In this document: positions 57,339-64,000 of the stretch, one piece after another | How positions within the stretch are numbered: position 1 is the first letter of the stretch | Layout of the letters: each line of letters opens with the position of its first letter | Sequence record: KX130862 | Length of the DNA: 64,000 bases | Origin: Shigella phage SHFML-26 | Reading direction: 5' to 3' (one strand) | The notes under the pieces: model-generated | Told to the model about the DNA's origin: nothing | The model's input: only the letters and a program-made list of their open reading frames with translations | Databases searched by the model: none | Translations under genes and position numbers: made by a program

Positions 57339-59318
57339 ATGACTTTATTATCTCCGGGCATTGAGCTCAAAGAAACTACGGTTCAAAGCACCGTGGTTAA
57401 TAACTCTACTGGTACAGCAGCTTTGGCCGGTAAATTCCAGTGGGGTCCTGCTTTTCAGATTAAACAGGTTACAAATGAAGTAGATTTAGTTAATACTTTT
57501 GGTCAACCAACCGCTGAAACTGCTGACTATTTTATGTCTGCGATGAATTTCTTGCAGTACGGAAATGACTTACGAGTAGTTCGTGCTGTTGATAGAGATA
57601 CCGCTAAAAACTCATCGCCAATTGCTGGTAATATTGAATACACAATTTCTACCCCAGGTAGTAACTACGCGGTTGGAGATAAAATCACTGTCAAATATGT
57701 TTCAGATGATATTGAAACTGAAGGTAAAATTACTGAAGTAGACGCAGATGGAAAAATTAAGAAAATTAATATTCCTACTGCAAAAATTATCGCTAAAGCG
57801 AAAGAAGTAGGTGAATATCCAACACTAGGTTCTAACTGGACTGCGGAAATTTCTTCGTCTTCCTCTGGTTTAGCTGCGGTAATAACTCTTGGAAAAATTA
57901 TTACTGATTCTGGTATTTTATTAGCTGAAATTGAAAATGCTGAAGCTGCAATTACAGCGGTTGACTTTCAAGCAAATCTCGAAAAATACGGAATTCCAGG
58001 AGTAGTAGCTCTTTATCCAGGCGAATTAGGCGATAAAATTGAAATTGAAATCGTATCTAAAGCTGACTATGCAAAAGGAGCTTCTGCATTACTCCCAATT
58101 TATCCAGGTGGTGGTACTCGTGCATCTACTGCCAAAGCAGTGTTTGGATATGGACCACAAACTGATTCACAATACGCTATTATAGTTCGTCGCAATGATG
58201 CTATTGTTCAAAGCATTGTTCTTTCAACTAAGCGTGGTGAAAAAGATATTTACGATAGTAACATCTATATCGATGACTTTTTCGCAAAAGGTGGTTCAGA
58301 ATATATTTTTGCAACTGCACAAAACTGGCCAGAAGGATTCTCTGGAATTTTAACTCTGTCTGGTGGATTATCATCAAATGCTGAAGTAACAGCAGGAGAT
58401 TTGATGGAAGCTTGGGACTTCTTTGCTGACCGTGAATCCGTTGATGTTCAACTGTTTATTGCGGGTTCTTGTGCCGGTGAATCTTTAGAAACAGCATCTA
58501 CTGTCCAAAAACACGTCGTTTCAATTGGGGATGCTCGCCAAGATTGCTTAGTATTGTGCTCTCCTCCGCGTGAAACTGTAGTTGGAATTCCTGTAACTCG
58601 TGCAGTAGATAATTTAGTTAACTGGAGAACTGCGGCAGGTTCATACACTGATAATAACTTTAATATCAGTTCAACCTATGCAGCAATCGACGGCAACTAC
58701 AAATATCAGTATGACAAATATAATGATGTGAATCGTTGGGTTCCATTAGCAGCTGATATTGCCGGTTTATGCGCAAGAACTGATAACGTATCTCAGACTT
58801 GGATGTCTCCAGCTGGTTATAATCGTGGTCAGATTCTTAACGTTATTAAACTTGCTATTGAAACCCGCCAGGCTCAGCGCGACCGTTTATACCAAGAAGC
58901 TATCAACCCGGTAACCGGTACAGGCGGTGATGGTTACGTATTGTATGGTGATAAAACAGCTACTTCTGTTCCTTCTCCATTTGATCGTATTAACGTTCGT
59001 CGTCTGTTTAACATGTTGAAAACGAACATCGGACGTAGTTCAAAATATCGTTTGTTCGAATTAAACAACGCGTTTACTCGTTCATCATTCCGCACGGAAA
59101 CTGCCCAGTACTTACAGGGAATTAAAGCTCTCGGTGGAATTTATGAATACCGTGTAGTTTGCGATACAACAAATAATACTCCGTCAGTAATTGATAGAAA
59201 TGAGTTTGTTGCAACATTCTACATCCAACCGGCTAGAAGCATTAACTACATTACCTTAAACTTCGTGGCAACTGCTACTGGTGCAGATTTCGATGAGTTA
59301 ACTGGTCTTGCAGGTTAA
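57339..59318 (+). CDS. 18: tail sheath protein gp18
   Basis: 659 aa. Confidence 0.95.
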   Translation: MTLLSPGIELKETTVQSTVVNNSTGTAALAGKFQWGPAFQIKQVTNEVDLVNTFGQPTAETADYFMSAMNFLQYGNDLRVVRAVDRDTAKNSSPIAGNIEYTISTPGSNYAVGDKITVKYVSDDIETEGKITEVDADGKIKKINIPTAKIIAKAKEVGEYPTLGSNWTAEISSSSSGLAAVITLGKIITDSGILLAEIENAEAAITAVDFQANLEKYGIPGVVALYPGELGDKIEIEIVSKADYAKGASALLPIYPGGGTRASTAKAVFGYGPQTDSQYAIIVRRNDAIVQSIVLSTKRGEKDIYDSNIYIDDFFAKGGSEYIFATAQNWPEGFSGILTLSGGLSSNAEVTAGDLMEAWDFFADRESVDVQLFIAGSCAGESLETASTVQKHVVSIGDARQDCLVLCSPPRETVVGIPVTRAVDNLVNWRTAAGSYTDNNFNISSTYAAIDGNYKYQYDKYNDVNRWVPLAADIAGLCARTDNVSQTWMSPAGYNRGQILNVIKLAIETRQAQRDRLYQEAINPVTGTGGDGYVLYGDKTATSVPSPFDRINVRRLFNMLKTNIGRSSKYRLFELNNAFTRSSFRTETAQYLQGIKALGGIYEYRVVCDTTNNTPSVIDRNEFVATFYIQPARSINYITLNFVATATGADFDELTGLAG

Positions 59319-59334
59319 TACGGTGCATTCTAAA

Positions 59335-59352
59335 GGCCTGTTTCGGCAGGCC
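59335..59352 (+). terminator. hairpin after gene 18 (possible terminator/attenuator)
   Basis: GGCCTG-TTTCGG-CAGGCC; no U-run. Confidence 0.35.
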
Positions 59353-59353
59353 A

Positions 59354-59361
59354 TATAAATA
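59354..59361 (+). promoter_or_regulatory. T4 late promoter TATAAATA (gene 19, distal)
   Basis: TATAAATA. Confidence 0.55.
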
Positions 59362-59412
59362 CACTATATCCTTAATTCTTTAATTCTATATGCCCTAGGT
59401 TAAACATAGGGA

Positions 59413-59420
59413 TATAAATA
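59413..59420 (+). promoter_or_regulatory. T4 late promoter TATAAATA (gene 19, proximal)
   Basis: TATAAATA about 15 nt upstream of gene 19 ATG. Confidence 0.6.
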
Positions 59421-59434
59421 CTACAGAGGCTAAT

Positions 59435-59926
59435 ATGTTTGTAGATGATGTAACACGAGCGTTTGAATCTGGTGATTTTGCTCGACCTAACTTATTCCAA
59501 GTAGAAATTTCTTATCTTGGACAAAATTTTACGTTTCAATGTAAAGCCACTGCTTTACCAGCTGGTATTGTAGAAAAAATTCCAGTCGGTTTTATGAACC
59601 GTAAAATTAACGTAGCAGGCGATCGTACATTCGATGACTGGACTGTTACAGTAATGAACGATGAGGCACATGATGCTCGTCAGAAGTTTGTTGATTGGCA
59701 AAGCATTGCTGCTGGGCAAGGGAACGAAATTACTGGTGGAAAACCAGCAGAGTATAAAAAGAGCGCTGTTGTTCGCCAATATGCTCGTGACGCTAAAACT
59801 GTAACAAAAGAAGTTGAAATTAAAGGCCTGTGGCCTACTAACGTGGGTGAACTTCAATTAGATTGGGATTCAAACAACGAAATCCAAACCTTTGAAGTAA
59901 CTCTCGCTCTCGATTATTGGGAATAA
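59435..59926 (+). CDS. 19: tail tube protein gp19
   Basis: 163 aa. Confidence 0.95.
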   Translation: MFVDDVTRAFESGDFARPNLFQVEISYLGQNFTFQCKATALPAGIVEKIPVGFMNRKINVAGDRTFDDWTVTVMNDEAHDARQKFVDWQSIAAGQGNEITGGKPAEYKKSAVVRQYARDAKTVTKEVEIKGLWPTNVGELQLDWDSNNEIQTFEVTLALDYWE

Positions 59927-59958
59927 AATGAATGGGGAGAAATCCCCATCCTGCTTAA

Positions 59959-61583
<1,625 letters not shown>

Positions 61584-61584
<1 letters not shown>

Positions 61585-61823
61585 TGGAAGGTTTAATTGA
61601 AGCTATTAAATCAAACGACCTCGTAGCCGCTCGTAAATTATTTGCTGAAGCCATGGCTGCAAGAACGATTGATTTAATTAAAGAAGAAAAAATCGCTATC
61701 GCTCGTAATTTCTTAATCGAAGGTGAAGAACCTGATGATGAGGATGACGAAGATAGTGATGATAAAGACGACAAAAAAGACAAAGACTCTGATGAAGATG
61801 ACGAAGACGAGGATGATGAATAA
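61584..61823 (+). CDS. 67: prohead core protein gp67 with acidic C-terminal tract
   Basis: 79 aa; C-terminal D/E-rich run. Confidence 0.85.
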
Positions 61824-62248
61824 TGCTTCTGATCCCTGAAACTCATGAATTAGTTCTCGAGAATGTCGAAGCACTTATTCCTGAAGCACAGGGTCGCTTT
61901 GACGAATTGTCTTCTGCTTTAAATAAAGACGATATAAATACAATTGTCGAGAATATGCTTGATGATGAAACTGATTTAGCGGTTGCATTAGCTTCTATTA
62001 ATGAAAATATGCCGTTAAATGAATTCATCGTTAAACATGTTTCTGCCCGTGGTGAAATTACTCGCACTAAAGATCGCAAAACGCGTGAACGTAATGCATT
62101 TCAAACCACTGGGCTGTCTAAAGCAAAACGTAGACAAATTGCTCGTAAAGCTACCAAAACGAAGATTGCCAATCCAGCAGGTCAATCTCGTGCTCAGCGT
62201 AAGCGTAAAAAAGCTCTTAAACGCCGTAAAGCATTAGGATTAAGCTAA
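61823..62248 (+). CDS. 68: prohead core protein gp68
   Basis: 141 aa. Confidence 0.85.
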
Positions 62249-62886
62249 TGAATGAACCCCAATTACTAATTGAAACTTGGGGTCAACCTGGCGAAATTAT
62301 TGATGGCGTACCAATGCTTGAATCTCATGATGGAAAAGACTTAGGTTTAAAACCGGGTTTATACATCGAAGGAATATTCATGCAAGCGGAAGTCGTCAAT
62401 AGAAATAAACGTCTTTATCCAAAACGTATATTAGAAAAAGCGGTAAAAGACTATATTAATGAGCAAGTTTTAACTAAACAAGCTCTCGGAGAATTAAATC
62501 ATCCTCCACGCGCTAATGTTGACCCGATGCAAGCCGCTATCATTATAGAAGATATGTGGTGGAAAGGAAATGACGTATACGGACGAGCTCGTGTTATTGA
62601 AGGTGACCATGGTCCTGGAGATAAATTAGCAGCTAATATTCGTGCCGGATGGATTCCAGGAGTTTCTTCTCGTGGATTAGGTTCATTGACTGACACAAAT
62701 AAAGGTTATCGTATCGTAAACGAAGGATTCAAATTAACTGTAGGTGTTGATGCAGTATGGGGTCCAAGTGCTCCAGATGCATGGGTAACTCCTAAGGAAA
62801 TTACCGAATCACAGACGGCGGAAGCCGATACAAGTGCCGATGACGCCTATATGGCTCTCGCAGAGGCCATGAAAAAAGCGTTATAA
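62248..62886 (+). CDS. 21: prohead core scaffold protease gp21
   Basis: 212 aa. Confidence 0.9.
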   Translation: MNEPQLLIETWGQPGEIIDGVPMLESHDGKDLGLKPGLYIEGIFMQAEVVNRNKRLYPKRILEKAVKDYINEQVLTKQALGELNHPPRANVDPMQAAIIIEDMWWKGNDVYGRARVIEGDHGPGDKLAANIRAGWIPGVSSRGLGSLTDTNKGYRIVNEGFKLTVGVDAVWGPSAPDAWVTPKEITESQTAEADTSADDAYMALAEAMKKAL

Positions 62887-62889
62887 ATA
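62882..62889 (+). promoter_or_regulatory. T4 late promoter TATAAATA (gene 22)
   Basis: TATAAATA overlapping gene 21 stop, about 28 nt upstream of gene 22 ATG. Confidence 0.7.
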
Positions 62890-62916
62890 TTATTATCTAA
62901 ACAACAGGACTACAAA

Positions 62917-63726
62917 ATGCTTAAAGAACAACTGATTGCCGAAGCGCAGAAAATTGATGCTTCCGTTGCTCTTGATAGTATTTTCGAATCAGTTAATATT
63001 TCTCCGGAAGCAAAAGAAACTTTCGGCACTGTATTCGAAGCTACCGTCAAGCAGCACGCCGTTAAATTAGCTGAATCTCATATCGCTAAAATTGCTGAAA
63101 AAGCAGAAGAAGAAGTAGAAAAAAATAAAGAAGAAGCCGAAGAAAAAGCTGAGAAGAAAATCGCTGAGCAAGCTTCTAAATTCATTGACCATCTTGCGAA
63201 AGAATGGCTCGCTGAAAATAAATTAGCAGTTGATAAAGGTATCAAAGCCGAACTGTTTGAATCCATGCTTGGTGGATTAAAAGAGCTCTTTGTTGAACAC
63301 AACGTTGTTGTTCCAGAAGAATCAGTTGATGTTGTAGCTGAAATGGAAGAAGAGCTGCAAGAACATAAAGAAGAATCAGCTCGTCTGTTCGAAGAACTCA
63401 ATATGCGCGACGCATATATCAATTATGTGCAGCGTGAAGTGGCATTGAGCGAAAGTACTAAAGATCTGACTGAGTCTCAAAAAGAAAAAGTCTCTGCTCT
63501 GGTCGAAGGTATGGATTATTCAGATGCATTCTCAAGTAAATTGAGTGCCATCGTAGAAATGGTGAAGAAGTCTAATAAAGATGAAAGCACTATTACTGAG
63601 AGTATAAATACTCCTGATACTGAAGCAGCCGGACTGAATTTCGTCACTGAAGCTGTAGAAGATAAAGCTGCACCTGGTGCAGAAGATATTGTAAGTGTAT
63701 ATGCGAAAGTCGCATCTCGTTTCTAA
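62917..63726 (+). CDS. 22: prohead core scaffold protein gp22
   Basis: 269 aa, acidic coiled coil. Confidence 0.9.
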   Translation: MLKEQLIAEAQKIDASVALDSIFESVNISPEAKETFGTVFEATVKQHAVKLAESHIAKIAEKAEEEVEKNKEEAEEKAEKKIAEQASKFIDHLAKEWLAENKLAVDKGIKAELFESMLGGLKELFVEHNVVVPEESVDVVAEMEEELQEHKEESARLFEELNMRDAYINYVQREVALSESTKDLTESQKEKVSALVEGMDYSDAFSSKLSAIVEMVKKSNKDESTITESINTPDTEAAGLNFVTEAVEDKAAPGAEDIVSVYAKVASRF

Positions 63727-63744
63727 TTTTAAAGGTTAACACAA

Positions 63745-64000
63745 ATGACTATCAAAACTAAAGCTGAACTTTTGAACAAATGGAAGCCATTACTGGAAGG
63801 TGAAGGTTTACCGGAAATTGCTAATAGCAAACAAGCGATTATCGCTAAAATCTTTGAAAACCAGGAAAAAGATTTCCAGACAGACTACCGGAATAATAAA
63901 GAACGAAAAAATTAGCTCAGGCATTCGGTTCTTTCTTAACAGAAGCTGAAATCGGTGGTGACCACGGTTACAATGCTACTAACATCGCTGCTGGTCAGAC
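63745..64000 (+). CDS. 23: major capsid protein gp23, N-terminal propeptide region (partial; reading frame disrupted near 63883-63915 in this sequence)
   Basis: MTIKTKAELLNKWKPLLEGEGLPEIANSKQAIIAKIFENQEKDFQT then in-frame TAG at 63913-63915; conserved AQAFGSFLTEAEIGGDHGYNATNIAAGQT continues in another frame. Confidence 0.8.

Noticed and set aside
59934-59947. GGGGAGAAATCCCC hairpin after gene 19 as a terminator
   Set aside because: Short 4-bp stem and no U-run; too weak to call.

Overview
This window is a contiguous segment of a T4-like (Tequatrovirus-type) myovirus genome, very close to phage T4 but not identical. All product names come from recognising protein motifs and recalled T4 sequences and gene order; no database search was run. 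Coordinates for CDS follow the supplied ORF track; hand-derived coordinates (tRNAs, promoters, terminators) may be off by 1-2 nt. Positions 1-35353 are an early/middle region on the minus strand: glutaredoxin-like gene, nrdG, a free-standing GIY-YIG homing endonuclease, an uninterrupted nrdD, gene 49, pin-like, nrdC, about 20 unknown genes, rI, tk, a macrodomain protein, regB, a glycyl-radical cofactor gene, an internal protein, denV, lysozyme e, nudE, the tRNA cluster (8 tRNAs, stable-RNA region, segB), two further internal-protein-like genes, 57B (Acb1-like), 57A and genes 1, 3, 2, 4. Positions 35401-64000 are the late structural module on the plus strand: genes 53, 5, 5.1, a segC-like endonuclease, 5.4, 6-12, wac, 13, an HNH endonuclease insertion, 14-20, 67, 68, 21, 22 and the start of 23. 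The early region carries at least 12 copies of a conserved early-promoter motif; the late genes are preceded by TATAAATA late promoters. Most worth a second look: an AAA+ ATPase / Pol-beta nucleotidyltransferase gene pair, a split HNH endonuclease between neck genes 13 and 14, a glycyl-radical cofactor gene whose 3' half looks host-derived, tandem paralog arrays, and two apparent frame disruptions (gene 23 N-terminus; a signal-peptide/lytic-transglycosylase gene). I did not find a clearly novel multi-gene system that I can support from sequence alone; the ATPase/NTase pair is the best candidate.
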